Counted from the first letter of the stretch, positions 29,450-39,665 are shown. The stretch is DNA of 64,000 nt from Abditibacterium sp. (GCA_965199495.1 CBDASK010000003.1:864001-928000); one strand, 5' to 3'. Notes: generated by a model from the sequence alone, not told the origin. Numbers and translations are program-made.

Positions 29450-29926
29450 ATGAACGAACAAGCATTGAAGCAACTCATCGCGCAAGGTTTGGGCGCCCTC
29501 AAAGCGGGCGGAGAAATCGGCGCCAAAGCGGCGGACGACATCGAAAACGACGCCAAAGATTCGCAGCTCAAAGCCGCGCTTCAACAGGGCACGCAGACCG
29601 CGAAAACCTGGGCCACACGCATCGAGCGCGCGCTGCAAGAAGCGGGCGGCAGCGACGAAAACGACAACCCGATTTTGGAAGCGAATTACGAAGTCGCCAA
29701 TCGCATTCGCGCCAAAGCGCCCGACGACTTTTCGCGCGACTTGGGCATTATCGCCAGTTCGCAGTTGGCGCTGCATTATTGGGTCGCCTCGTTTGGCACC
29801 ATGCGCGCCTACGCCAAACGCGCGAATCTGAGCCAAACCGAGCAGGAAATGGCGCAGTGCCTTCAGGAAGCCGAGCAAGCCGACAAGAAGATGACCGACA
29901 TCGCCATCAGCATCATGGGCGGCTAA
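29450..29926 (+). CDS. DUF892/YciF-like ferritin-like protein
   Basis: Helical; RDLGIIASSQLALHYWVASFGTMRAYA..EQADKKMTDIA; terminator at 29941-29973. Confidence 0.7.
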   Translation: MNEQALKQLIAQGLGALKAGGEIGAKAADDIENDAKDSQLKAALQQGTQTAKTWATRIERALQEAGGSDENDNPILEANYEVANRIRAKAPDDFSRDLGIIASSQLALHYWVASFGTMRAYAKRANLSQTEQEMAQCLQEAEQADKKMTDIAISIMGG

Positions 29927-30021
29927 ACCACTGCGATAACAAAAACCCCGACGAAGCAATTCGCCGGGGTTTTCGTTTGTATTCTCCAACTTTAGTTAGC
30001 GGATGCTAACGTTGTTTTGAT

Positions 30022-30765
30022 CTACCACGGCAACGTTTCGCCCAGATGAGTGAAGGTGCCGTTTGGCCCGTCGTTGGGAATCGTGGCCATTTCAACGCTG
30101 CTTTTGGCGCCTTCTTCCACGCCAATTTCGCCACCGGGATTGAGTTCGGTTTTGACCTGGCCGGGATGAACCGCGTTGGCGCGGTGATTGGAATCTCGCC
30201 ACTGCCACGCATAATGAATCGTCATCATGTTGAGCGCGGCTTTGCTCGAATCGTAGGCGATGATCTTGAAATCCTTCATCGGCCCGTCGAAATCGGCGTG
30301 AATCGAAAGCGAACCCAGCACCGAAGACACATTGACCAAACGCGCCCCGTCGGACTTTTCCAAGAGCGGCCAAAACGCGTGCGTGACCTGATGAACTCCG
30401 AACACGCCGACTTCGTAGGTGTCGCGCAAAATCTGCGTCGGCACGCTCGCCGGAAGCGCGTAATCGGCCTCGCTGATAAAGCCCGCATTGTTGATCAAAA
30501 CATCCAGTCGCCCGAACTTCTCTTCGACTTGGGCGCGGGCGCGCTCGACAGTAGCCACGTCGGTCGGGTCGATCAGCAAGAACTGCACATCAAGTCCCTC
30601 ATTTTGCAGTTCGCTCGCGGCGTCCTGACCGCGTTTTTCGTCGCGCGCGCCCAGCAACACGGTGAAACCGTGATCGCGCGCTAACTGGCGCGCCGTTTCG
30701 AGTCCGATGCCTTTGTTAGCGCCGGTTACCAGCGCGATACGACTTTTATTTGTTGGTGTATTCAT
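30022..30765 (-). CDS. Short-chain dehydrogenase/reductase (carbonyl reductase-like)
   Basis: TGANKGIG, DVLINNAG, NVSS and YDSSK. Confidence 0.9.
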   Translation of the reverse strand: MNTPTNKSRIALVTGANKGIGLETARQLARDHGFTVLLGARDEKRGQDAASELQNEGLDVQFLLIDPTDVATVERARAQVEEKFGRLDVLINNAGFISEADYALPASVPTQILRDTYEVGVFGVHQVTHAFWPLLEKSDGARLVNVSSVLGSLSIHADFDGPMKDFKIIAYDSSKAALNMMTIHYAWQWRDSNHRANAVHPGQVKTELNPGGEIGVEEGAKSSVEMATIPNDGPNGTFTHLGETLPW

Positions 30766-30768
30766 TTT

Positions 30769-30978
30769 TTATGCTTGCCACTCCTGTTGCGCGTAATTGA
30801 CTACCCGTTTTCCATCCAAACTTTTGTGTAGGTTGGCCGAAATAAAGCCTGGCTGGTGAGACATGAACTTGTCTGTGGCTTCGGTGAGAATGTCCACCAA
30901 ACGCTGCTGATTTTCCGGTTCAACGGTAAAAACGTTGATGAGCGTCACGCACTTGTGGTCTGTCGAGATGGTTGTCAT
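30769..30978 (-). pseudogene. 3'-truncated antibiotic biosynthesis monooxygenase-family gene
   Basis: TLINVFTVEPENQ..QPGFISANLHKSLDGKRVVNYAQ, then an abrupt end in the RBS region of the SDR. Confidence 0.6.
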
Positions 30979-31007
30979 GGTATTTTTCTTCGGTTGTTTT
31001 GTCGCCG

Positions 31008-31382
31008 TTACGAGTTGCCGATGCGCCCCAGATGAGTGTCCTGAAAGCTGGACGTAAGTTTAAGACCGTAATTTATCGACCGGTCGGCGCTGATGTGAGT
31101 CGCCCAGATCAGCGCGATGGCCACGAGCGTTTCATTTTTGGTGAAATATCCAAGCGCGCCCACGGCAATCGGCAGGGCGTAATTATGAGCGGTATTGTAA
31201 CTGACGGCACCCCAGCGCGGGCCGAGCAAGTAGCCCAGCATAGAAAGATCGGGCGCCAAGAAAAGCACAGCAAACAACAGCCAGCTAAAGCCGCTTTGGT
31301 AATAAGCAAAAACGCTAAGTAGAAGAAAAGCTATCGCTTCTATGCGTAATAATTTGATGATAGAAGTATTTATATTTCGCAT
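31008..31382 (-). CDS. DUF4260-like membrane protein
   Basis: LLRIE, LAPDLSMLGYL.GPR.GA..YN.AH and HI.ADR..YGLK..F.DTHLG. Confidence 0.8.
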   Translation of the reverse strand: MRNINTSIIKLLRIEAIAFLLLSVFAYYQSGFSWLLFAVLFLAPDLSMLGYLLGPRWGAVSYNTAHNYALPIAVGALGYFTKNETLVAIALIWATHISADRSINYGLKLTSSFQDTHLGRIGNS

Positions 31383-31543
31383 TCTGACGAGTAATTTGGC
31401 TGGCACCAGATAAAGTAGCGCGAGTTCAACTGAAAATTCTTTGGCTCAGAGCGGCGAATGAGCCAACGGCACCGACCGCTACAACGTATTTTTTGGCGCG
31501 ATGCTCGCCTTCAAGTGAGCGAGTCATCGCTGCGCTGACGCCG

Positions 31544-32101
31544 TTAGCTTTCAACGGTGGTCTGGAGCAGTTCAGTGCGGTATTTGGGGGCGAGTTCTTT
31601 GGCTTTAGCCCCAAACGCGGCTTGTGCGGCGTCATCGAGTTTGGGCGCCGGAGTTGTGCGCGTGGGTAGAGCCACGCCGACTTGCTCGAAGAACTCTTCC
31701 TGACCCGACGGGCCGCAGATGCACAACAGGCGCATCGCTTTATCGGTTGTGTTGTGGAACTCGTGCGGTGCGTTGGCGGGGATGTGCAGGGTTTGTCCGG
31801 CTTTAACCGTTGACTTTTGGCCGCGAAACGTCGCTTCGACTTCTCCTTCGAGCACGATAAACGATTCCTCGAAATCGTGGCGATGCGGCGCCGGGCCGCC
31901 GCCGGGCGCAACGAGCATATCAATGAGACAGTAGCGCCCATCGGTATTTTCGCCGGACAACAAAACGGTATAAGTGTCGCCAACGACGCCGATGTGCGGC
32001 AAAGATTGGTCTTCATCCGGGCGCGCAAGCGTAAGATCGCGGCTCTTGTCATCGGGCGGAATGGACGTGGCTGGTTGCGAGGTGAGTGAGTGAGTGTTCA
32101 T
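31544..32101 (-). CDS. Cupin-domain protein
   Basis: PGGGPAPHRHDFEESFIVLEG..HIPANAPHEF. Confidence 0.85.
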   Translation of the reverse strand: MNTHSLTSQPATSIPPDDKSRDLTLARPDEDQSLPHIGVVGDTYTVLLSGENTDGRYCLIDMLVAPGGGPAPHRHDFEESFIVLEGEVEATFRGQKSTVKAGQTLHIPANAPHEFHNTTDKAMRLLCICGPSGQEEFFEQVGVALPTRTTPAPKLDDAAQAAFGAKAKELAPKYRTELLQTTVES

Positions 32102-32150
32102 GGTGATGTTCAATACGATTTCGGCGGGCAGTTGCAGCAGGTGAGTTAAA

Positions 32151-32324
32151 TAGAGCGTCTCGCAAGTTCGTTGGTATTTCGGGCGAGTTGTTTGGAGCGC
32201 GGGCTTTAGCCCGTTGAATGGCAGCATTCGCGTTTATTTTCAGCGACTTCTGATGTCCAAACGGGCTAAAGCCCGCGCTCCAAACAACTCGCCCGAAATA
32301 CCAACGAACTTGCGAGACGCTCTA
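32151..32324. repeat. Long perfect inverted repeat (65-bp arms, 44-nt spacer) with a GGAGCGCGGGCTTTAGCCCG REP-like core
   Basis: 32151-32215 is the reverse complement of 32260-32324. Confidence 0.9.
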
Positions 32325-32343
32325 AGTAGTCGGGAAAACCATT

Positions 32344-32381
32344 AAAAAAGTCCCGGCGAATCCATTCGCCGGGACTTTTTC
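32344..32381. terminator. Bidirectional terminator
   Basis: AAAAAAGTCCCGGCGAA-TCCA-TTCGCCGGGACTTTTTT. Confidence 0.85.
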
Positions 32382-32391
32382 AACGGCTTGC

Positions 32392-32691
32392 TCAGGAAGA
32401 CGAATCAAGAACGGCGCCTATAAAACCGCTTGGAGGCGCGCCGAGCAGTTCCGTCGCGCGCTTGATCTTGTCATCGTTGTTGTAGACGGACAGCACCGAT
32501 TCGGCTTGCTGCTGGCTCTCCCACAGCGTGTTGACCATCACATGGCCCACGTCGCTCACATCCTGGACGACCTCGTGAGATAGATAGCCCTCTTTCGCTG
32601 GCATATCGGCGCCGATGGACTGGGCGACGCGAACGCCTTCTTCGCGCGCCTGGGCAGAAAACTTGAACTCGAACAGTGATTTGACATTCAT
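32392..32691 (-). CDS. ABM-family (dimeric alpha-beta barrel) protein
   Basis: 99 aa, EGYLSHEVVQD..VMVNTLWES; GAGGAGG RBS. Confidence 0.7.
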   Translation of the reverse strand: MNVKSLFEFKFSAQAREEGVRVAQSIGADMPAKEGYLSHEVVQDVSDVGHVMVNTLWESQQQAESVLSVYNNDDKIKRATELLGAPPSGFIGAVLDSSS

Positions 32692-32777
32692 GATTTTTCC
32701 TCCTCGAAATTTCCGCTCAATAGCAGAAACGGTCAACGGCTTTGAATTTCAAAGCCAGCGGTGAGTGCGGCTTTGAT

Positions 32778-33488
32778 TCACCAGGGCAAAGTTTCGCCCG
32801 CGTGGAAAAAGCCGCCGTGTGGCCCATCGTCGTCCAACGTGGCGAGCGTGACGCCAGTCTGGGCGCCCTCTTGCACGGAAATTTCGCCGTGCGAGTTGCC
32901 TTCGGTCGTGACGTTGCCGGGATGCGCGGCGTTGGCGCGGTGCGGCGTGCCCGCCCACTGCTGCGCGTAGTGAATCGTCATCATGTTGAGCGCGGCTTTG
33001 GAGGCGTCCATCGCCAGAGGCTGAATCGGCTGCGAGCCGTTGGCCTGCAACGTCAGCGAACCCAGCGAACTGGAGATATTAACTAAACGCGCGGCGGTCG
33101 AGCGATTTAAGAGCGGCCAAAACGCCTGCGTGACCGCGTGCGCCCCGAACACGTTAAGCTCGAATGTTTGGCGCAGCACCTCCATCGACACTTGCGCCGG
33201 TGGCGCGAAATCGCCGGGCAGCAACGCGCCAGCATTGTTGACCAGCACATCCAAAACGCCGAATTTGGCTTCAACTTCGCGCACCGCACCGGCAATCGAA
33301 GCGGCATCGGTCGGGCCGAGCAAAAGGAAGTGCGCGTCCAAATCTTCGTCGCGCAGCATCTGGGCCGCCGCCTCGCCGCGCTCCGCGTCGCGCGCGCCGA
33401 GCAAAACGGTGTGATTCTGTTGCCCCAGTTGACGGGCGGTTTCCAAGCCCAACCCTTTGTTGGCGCCGGTAATCAGTGCGATTCTCAT
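32778..33488 (-). CDS. SDR paralogue of 30022-30765
   Basis: TGANKGLG and NNAG; the catalytic Tyr position reads M (AMDASK). Confidence 0.85.
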   Translation of the reverse strand: MRIALITGANKGLGLETARQLGQQNHTVLLGARDAERGEAAAQMLRDEDLDAHFLLLGPTDAASIAGAVREVEAKFGVLDVLVNNAGALLPGDFAPPAQVSMEVLRQTFELNVFGAHAVTQAFWPLLNRSTAARLVNISSSLGSLTLQANGSQPIQPLAMDASKAALNMMTIHYAQQWAGTPHRANAAHPGNVTTEGNSHGEISVQEGAQTGVTLATLDDDGPHGGFFHAGETLPW

Positions 33489-33614
33489 AGCTTCTCCTTA
33501 AACGCGATTATTATAAACGCGTTTACTTTCAACGTTCGGTTGCGAGCCGGGGTTCCGAGGCGTCCGCGCGTTTTTTATGCGGAGAGTTTCGCTGGGCCGG
33601 GCGTCTTAGCCTTT

Positions 33615-34103
33615 ATGATTTCTCAACGCCAAGACCCGACTGCGCTGTTTGCGCTGACCGATGCTCATCGCCCGGAAGACTCGGTTGGTTTTCTGTTATG
33701 GCGCGTGGCGCACCGTTACCAGCGCGAGATCGACCGCGCGTGTGCCGCCGAAGATTTGACGCATTTGCAGTTCGTGGCGCTCACCATGAGCGCGTGGCTG
33801 GGGCGCGAAGGTGAAGCCGTGACGCAACCCGATTTAGGCCGCTTCAGCAGCATTCACCCGATGCAGTTATCGAATGTGCTGAAGGCGCTCGAAGCCAAGG
33901 GTTTGCTGGCTCGCCCGCGCAGCGAAGCCGACAGCCGCACAAAGCACGTCGAACTTACGCCCAAAGGCAACGAAACTCTGGCGCGCGCGCTCCCGTTGGT
34001 GCAAGCGGCACAAAGCCGCTTTTTCGGTCACGATGCGGATGCCAGCGAAGGGTTGCAACTCGCCCTCAAGCGATTGGTGGCGAACTGGAACGAAGACGAA
34101 TAG
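33615..34103 (+). CDS. MarR-family regulator
   Basis: SVGFLLWRV, LTHLQF, LEAKGLL.R..DSRTK..LTPKG; divergent from the SDR; imperfect palindrome at 33500-33524. Confidence 0.85.
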   Translation: MISQRQDPTALFALTDAHRPEDSVGFLLWRVAHRYQREIDRACAAEDLTHLQFVALTMSAWLGREGEAVTQPDLGRFSSIHPMQLSNVLKALEAKGLLARPRSEADSRTKHVELTPKGNETLARALPLVQAAQSRFFGHDADASEGLQLALKRLVANWNEDE

Positions 34104-34171
34104 GAGTTTTGAACTAAAAAATGCGGACGCAACACTTATTCCGATACCGCAAATAGATTTTGCCTCCGCAA

Positions 34172-34247
34172 AACCAAAAAGCGCGCGTTGCCTTTCGGCA
34201 ACGCGCGTTTTTGCTTGCGAAACGGGCGCGCTCGCGCGCGGCGCTCG
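34172..34247. repeat. R5, truncated copy of the R repeat
   Basis: Hairpin plus about 35 bp of the repeat body, fused to a zeta fragment. Confidence 0.85.
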
Positions 34248-34251
34248 AATT

Positions 34252-34639
34252 GATGGAAATGCGTTTGGCGCGCGGCGACGATTTCGCGCTTGAATCGACT
34301 TTGGCTTCGCGTTCTCTGGCGCCCTTCGTTGAGCGTTGTAAAGATGCAAACTACAATTTCATATTGTTTTACGTTTGGCTACGCGACGAAGAATTAGCGG
34401 TGCAGCGCGTGGCGCAACGTGTGGAGAGTGGCGGACATGACATTCCAGACGACGTGATTCGGCGGCGTTACGAGCGCGGGCTTAGCAACTTCTTCGAGTT
34501 GTATCAACCTCTGGCTGATGAGTGGTTTGTTTTGGATAATTCCGGCGATCTTTCCATTGATGTCGCTCGAAAAATGGGCGGCATCGAAGAAATCTTGCAA
34601 TCTCAATTGTGGGAAACTTTCTCAAAATTATCCTTATGA
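34252..34639 (+). pseudogene. 5'-truncated second zeta-like ATPase
   Basis: Homologous to 27991-28369 but lacks the Walker A N-terminus. Confidence 0.8.
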
Positions 34640-34836
34640 AAAACACACCACTTCGTTCCAAGGCGGACATCATTTCCACAGCCGCGCGTGAAGCCGTGGC
34701 CGACGCCATTGAAACGCACCGCCGCATGGGCCGCTCGATTGTGGTTTCGCGCGATGGCGTCGTGACGCGCGTGCGGCCCAGCGAAATCACGCCGCGCGCT
34801 TTGCCTCACGACGAGCGTGAAGCAAACGACAATTAA
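34636..34836 (+). CDS. Paralogue of the 28374 small partner protein
   Basis: A ~90-nt stretch near the 3' end is identical to 28470-28561. Confidence 0.7.
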   Translation: MKNTPLRSKADIISTAAREAVADAIETHRRMGRSIVVSRDGVVTRVRPSEITPRALPHDEREANDN

Positions 34837-34897
34837 ATTTCTTTCATGATCGGAAGTGTTGCTGGAACTTAACACGATTTGATGCGCCCTTAATTGC

Positions 34898-35261
34898 GTG
34901 CCAAAACCATCTGATGAAGCAGAAATCGAATTGCTCCAAGCGGCGTATGCGGCTTTCAATGCGCGCGATATTGACGCCGCCCTCGCGACAATGACGAAGG
35001 ACGTGGCCCAAAGCCTTCAAAGGCGGCTTTGTGCGTGGCCCGGCAGAAATTCGCGCCTATTGGACGGAGCAATGGTCGGAAATCTCTCCCAACGTCGAGC
35101 CAACTTCGTTTCATTCCCAAAACGATGGGCGAGTTTTAGTAGATGTCCATCAAGTCGTGCGCGATTTGTCGAGCGCCGTGCTGGCCGATGAACACACGGG
35201 TCATCTGTTTACTTTTGAGCAGGGTTTAATTGCAAAGATGGAAATTAGCCCGCTCGTGTAA
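34898..35261 (+). pseudogene. SnoaL/NTF2-like gene, frameshifted
   Basis: AYAAFNARDIDAAL..KDV then shifts frame to WPKAFKGGFVRGPAEIRAYW; deletion near 35003. Confidence 0.75.
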
Positions 35262-35422
35262 AAGTTAGAGCGCATTGCCTTTTTGCCAATTCCGCATCAA
35301 AAGCGCGCGTTAATTCCCAGCAACGCGCGCTTTCGCTTTGTGTGCCAGTTTGTCTTTGGCACACAAACCGTTACTTCCCAACTCGCCGCGCGCCAAACTA
35401 TTTGGGCGCGCCACAAAACCTC

Positions 35423-36391
35423 ATGGAATATTTAAATTTGGGCAATAGCGGATTGAAAGTTTCGCGGCTCTGCTTGGGCTGCATGACTTATGGCGTGCCT
35501 TCGCGCGGCAACCACGAATGGACTTTGCCCGAAGACAAATCGCGCCCGTTCATCAAAGCGGCGTTGGATGCGGGCATCAATTTTTTCGATACGGCGAACG
35601 TTTATTCCGATGGCACCAGCGAAGAGATCGTCGGGCGCGCATTGCTTGATTTCGCGCCGCGCGACGAAATCGTGCTGGCGACCAAAGTTCATGGCCGTAT
35701 GCGCCCCGGCGCCAACGGCGCCGGATTATCGCGCAAAGCCATCTTCGCCGAAATTGATGCGAGCCTCCAACGCCTGGGCACCGACTACGTGGATTTGTAT
35801 CAGATTCACCGCTTCGATGCAGCCACGCCGCTCGAAGAGACGCTCGAAGCGCTGCACGATGTCGTGAAAGCGGGCAAAGCGCGCTACATCGGCGCCTCTT
35901 CGATGTGGGCGTGGCAGTTCGCCAAAGCGCTGTTTCTCCAAGATAAGCACGGTTGGACGCGCTTTATTTCGATGCAAGATCATTATAACTTGCTCTACCG
36001 CGAGGAAGAACGCGAAATGTTCGGCCTGTGCGCCGACCAAAACATCGGCGTGATTCCGTGGAGTCCTTTGGCGCGCGGTCGTTTAACTCGCGCGTGGGAC
36101 GAGCAAACCGAACGCGCCCAAACCGACGAATTCGGCAAGACGTTGTATCATTCGTCGGATAAACCCATCGTCGAAGCCGTGGCCCGCATCGCCGAGGAGC
36201 GCGGCGTTTCGCGCGCGCAAGTCGCCCTCGCGTGGATGTTGAGTAAGTCGGTCATTACCGCGCCAATTATCGGCGCCTCGAAGTTGGCGCACTTGGACGA
36301 CGCCGTGGCTGCTCTGGAGTTGAAGCTAAGTCAGGATGAGATTAAAGCGCTCGAAACGCCCTACGCGCCGCATAAAGTCGCGGGTTTTTGA
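35423..36391 (+). CDS. Aldo/keto reductase
   Basis: LGNSGLKVSRLCLGCM, FFDTANVY, DLYQIHRFD and PWSPLARG. Confidence 0.93.
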   Translation: MEYLNLGNSGLKVSRLCLGCMTYGVPSRGNHEWTLPEDKSRPFIKAALDAGINFFDTANVYSDGTSEEIVGRALLDFAPRDEIVLATKVHGRMRPGANGAGLSRKAIFAEIDASLQRLGTDYVDLYQIHRFDAATPLEETLEALHDVVKAGKARYIGASSMWAWQFAKALFLQDKHGWTRFISMQDHYNLLYREEEREMFGLCADQNIGVIPWSPLARGRLTRAWDEQTERAQTDEFGKTLYHSSDKPIVEAVARIAEERGVSRAQVALAWMLSKSVITAPIIGASKLAHLDDAVAALELKLSQDEIKALETPYAPHKVAGF

Positions 36392-36709
36392 GAGTGACTC
36401 AAATTGTCGCACTTTTACAAATTTGAGAATAAATCTAATGATTTTTTCTTGAACATTGTCCGTTCTTCAATTCATTTCTTCGTGTTGGAAATGAAATTTA
36501 CCGGTAAATTGTCGCTGTTCCAAATTTGAGCCTCGCTTTGAAAGTGGCCATGATCTTCCCATCGTTGGGCTTTTTGTCTGAATCCGCTATATTGATGATT
36601 GAGTTGGCAGACTCTTATTAATTTATCTGCCCAATAATAGTGACAGTGGCGGCATACGATAGAGATAACCGTTATCTTTCGCTATTTCAATTGAAAAAGG
36701 AGAATCATC

Positions 36710-37861
36710 ATGGCTGAGAGTAGAGACACCGAAATCAGAACGCGCGAGTTCATCGAGATCGTGCCACCGGCACCGATTGCTCGCGCCGAACCGTTGAGCC
36801 TGCGCGCTGGATCGCTATCGCTCGCAGATTCAAAACTAAAGTCAGCGCCAACGCCAGCACCGGATTTGGGGCCGCTTCAAGCGTTGCTGGGAATTTGGCG
36901 CGGACAGGGCACGGGCTGGAACATGATCGCGCTGCCCTTTTTTAAGGCGCCAGCGCCGCCCGCAGGGTTCAAATATCGGGTGTTGATGAACCAATACGAT
37001 GAGGAGCTTCAAGTCACTTTCGTCGACAGCAACGTTCCCAATCGCGGCCTGAAACGGCCCGGACTTTCTGGTGGTTCGGATCAGTTCACCGTGACACTTG
37101 ATTACCAGCAGAAGATCGCTCAAGTTGTGGCGGAAGACCGGCCTGATAGCAACGGGCTTGCGGGCGATCCGGGACTACCGATTCATCACGAACCCGGTTT
37201 GTGGCTTTATGCCAAAAACCGCGTCACTAACGATGATCATCTCGAAGCCAACAAAGTGTCGGAGGTTCCGCTCGACATCGCGCGCCTCGCTTCGATACCG
37301 CACGGCAATTCCGTGCTCGCTCTTGGCACATCCGCACATCACGAAGGTATGCCGGAGATTCCGCCTTTAAGTGGGTTTCCGTCGGGGCGTTTCGAGGACG
37401 TGAAGACTCCAGACTACGACTTCAAGTCTGATCCGTATCTCGCCCCGTTCAAGCATTACGTGGATGCTCCTTTCATGGGAAACGTCGCAGTTCCCGGATT
37501 CCCTGGATTTAACCCGGCGGATATGAACGAGATCCTTCGTTTCGCCAATCAAGGCGTCAAAGTGGTGAAAACGACGACTTTGACTGTGGACACGGCGCGA
37601 CAAAGCGGCGGCATTTCAAGCGTTCCGTTCTCGGTTCGAGAGGCCGAGCCGGTCAGTATGAAATCCACGTTTTGGATTCAGGAACTCGACGAAAAAGACG
37701 AGCAAGGCCAACCGAGAATGCGGCTGCAATACTCGCAAGTCGTCATGCTGGAGTTCTTCAATCCCCGGCAAGACGAGTTTCCGGGCCGCGCCATCTGGCC
37801 GCATATCAGCATCGCGACACTGGAAAAAGTTCCGGCGCAATACAAGCTCGTGGCTGCTTGA
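36710..37861 (+). CDS. Putative heme-binding/peroxidase-like beta-barrel protein
   Basis: LGPL..L.G.W.G, IHHEPGLWL, IARLASIPHGNSVLA and LQYSQ..WPHISIATL; AGGAG RBS. Family recalled from memory. Confidence 0.55.
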   Translation: MAESRDTEIRTREFIEIVPPAPIARAEPLSLRAGSLSLADSKLKSAPTPAPDLGPLQALLGIWRGQGTGWNMIALPFFKAPAPPAGFKYRVLMNQYDEELQVTFVDSNVPNRGLKRPGLSGGSDQFTVTLDYQQKIAQVVAEDRPDSNGLAGDPGLPIHHEPGLWLYAKNRVTNDDHLEANKVSEVPLDIARLASIPHGNSVLALGTSAHHEGMPEIPPLSGFPSGRFEDVKTPDYDFKSDPYLAPFKHYVDAPFMGNVAVPGFPGFNPADMNEILRFANQGVKVVKTTTLTVDTARQSGGISSVPFSVREAEPVSMKSTFWIQELDEKDEQGQPRMRLQYSQVVMLEFFNPRQDEFPGRAIWPHISIATLEKVPAQYKLVAA

Positions 37862-37871
37862 TGTCTGACCA

Positions 37872-38039
37872 ACTCACCTTACGCAGTTGAGTGTGGTAGC
37901 GAGGTTTGGAGTGGGCACGTAAGTGCCTGAGAAAGTTGTAATCGCTCAACGTAAGCGAAAAGCGAGGGCGAATTTACCTTTCAGGCACTTACGTGCCCAC
38001 TCCAAACCTCGCTACCACACTCAACTGCGTAAGGTGAGT
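37872..38039. repeat. Long perfect inverted repeat (59-bp arms, 50-nt spacer) with a GGAGTGGGCACGTAAGTGCC REP-like core
   Basis: 37872-37930 is the reverse complement of 37981-38039. Confidence 0.9.
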
Positions 38040-38107
38040 GACCAATCCAAATAGGGAGCGGAAGTCACGATTTCGCTCCTTATTTAGCGGGATTGTTTGA
38101 AGAGAAT

Positions 38108-39544
38108 TCAAACGACTTTCGCTTTCCATTTGCCGCGCCGAAACAGCGTCGCGCTTAGAATTGCTAAAACCGAAAAGGCGACCATAATCGCCCAGAAAAC
38201 GCCGTTTGGCCCCAGTCCGAAATGGTAGGACAAAATGTAGGCGAGTGGGATTTCCACGATCCAGAAGCAGAAAAGATTGAGATAAGTCGGCGTCCACGTA
38301 TCGCCCGCGCCGTTGAAGGCGCCTTCCAAAACCATGCCAAAACCGTAGAACAAAAAGCCCAACGAAACGATATGCAGCGCGCTGGCGCCATATTTTAGCA
38401 CGGTTGGGTCAGTGCCAAACCAGCCGACGATTTTGGTTCCGAAGACCAATAAAATCAGGCCGACGAAACTCAGAAAAGTCGCATTGATAATGGCCGCGCG
38501 CCACACCGAAGCCTCGGCGCGTTCGGATTTATTGGCGCCCAAATTCTGGCCGACCAAAGTCGAAGCCGCATTACTCAAACCGGCGGCGGGCAAAATCACG
38601 AACATGATCACGCGTAATCCGATAACATAACCGGCGATGGCTTCGCTGCCAAACCCGGCGACGACGCGCACCAAAACACTCCAACTCGCGGTGCTAATGA
38701 TGAGCTGAAAAATCGCGGGCGCCGCGATACGAATTAAATTCGATGCGATCTCGCGGTCGAACTTCCAGTGCGGCTTTTTGATCGTGATACGCCCTTTTGC
38801 GCGCAGCAAATAAGACGCGGCCAGCGCAACGCCGACGCCACGCCCGATAGTCGTGCCGACTGCCGCGCCCATCACATTCAAACGCGGGAATGGCCAATTA
38901 TGGAGCAGCCACGCCGGGGGACTGAGATGCAAAACGCCGAAAATATCGGGGCCGAACACGAAACAGGGCGATAGAAAAATGTTGATTAAGTTGGCACAAA
39001 ACAACACGCGCATCGCCACCGAAGCATCGCCCACGCCGCGAAAAATCGCGTTGAGCAGAAACAGAAACACGATAACGAAATTGCCGCCCAGCATGATGCG
39101 CGTGAACGGCACGCCCATTTGAATCACGTTTGGCTCGGCGCCCAGCGCGCGCAAAAATTGTGGCGCAAAGGTAATTCCAACCGCGCTGAGAATCAGGCTG
39201 ACCGCAACGCCCAGATAAATCGCGTGCGCCGCGCTTTTGGCGGCGCCTTCGGGATCGTTTTCGCCGGTACGCCGCGAAACCGTCGCCGTCGCGCCAATAC
39301 TCAAACCGATGCCCAACGCGAACACAATCGCCAGCATGGATTCGGTCAGCCCGACAACAGCCACGGCGTCGGCGCCCAGATGCGAAACGAAAAAAATGTC
39401 CACTATGCCGAAGATGCTTTCCATCATCATTTCCAGAACCATCGGCACGGCCAGCAGAAATATCGCCGCCCCAATTGAACCCGTCGTGAAATCGCGCTCC
39501 GATCCAGCGAAAGCCTCTTTCCATATCTTCCAATAACGTTTCAT
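38108..39544 (-). CDS. MATE-family efflux transporter
   Basis: LAVPMVLEM..VDIFFVSHLG, FRGVGD and FNGAGDT; about 12 TM segments. Confidence 0.92.
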   Translation of the reverse strand: MKRYWKIWKEAFAGSERDFTTGSIGAAIFLLAVPMVLEMMMESIFGIVDIFFVSHLGADAVAVVGLTESMLAIVFALGIGLSIGATATVSRRTGENDPEGAAKSAAHAIYLGVAVSLILSAVGITFAPQFLRALGAEPNVIQMGVPFTRIMLGGNFVIVFLFLLNAIFRGVGDASVAMRVLFCANLINIFLSPCFVFGPDIFGVLHLSPPAWLLHNWPFPRLNVMGAAVGTTIGRGVGVALAASYLLRAKGRITIKKPHWKFDREIASNLIRIAAPAIFQLIISTASWSVLVRVVAGFGSEAIAGYVIGLRVIMFVILPAAGLSNAASTLVGQNLGANKSERAEASVWRAAIINATFLSFVGLILLVFGTKIVGWFGTDPTVLKYGASALHIVSLGFLFYGFGMVLEGAFNGAGDTWTPTYLNLFCFWIVEIPLAYILSYHFGLGPNGVFWAIMVAFSVLAILSATLFRRGKWKAKVV

Positions 39545-39568
39545 ATTTTATACAAACGCGTTCGTCCT

Positions 39569-39651
39569 GTAGAGACGCTGATTTATCGCGTCTCAAACGC
39601 TGGAGTTGCGGTATTTCAGACGTTTCAGACGCGATAAATCGGCGTCTCTAC
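39569..39651. repeat. REP-like doublet (GTAGAGACG family)
   Basis: GTAGAGACGCTGATTTATCGCGTCT ... AGACGCGATAAATCGGCGTCTCTAC. Confidence 0.85.
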
Positions 39652-39665
39652 GGACGCGTGAAATA

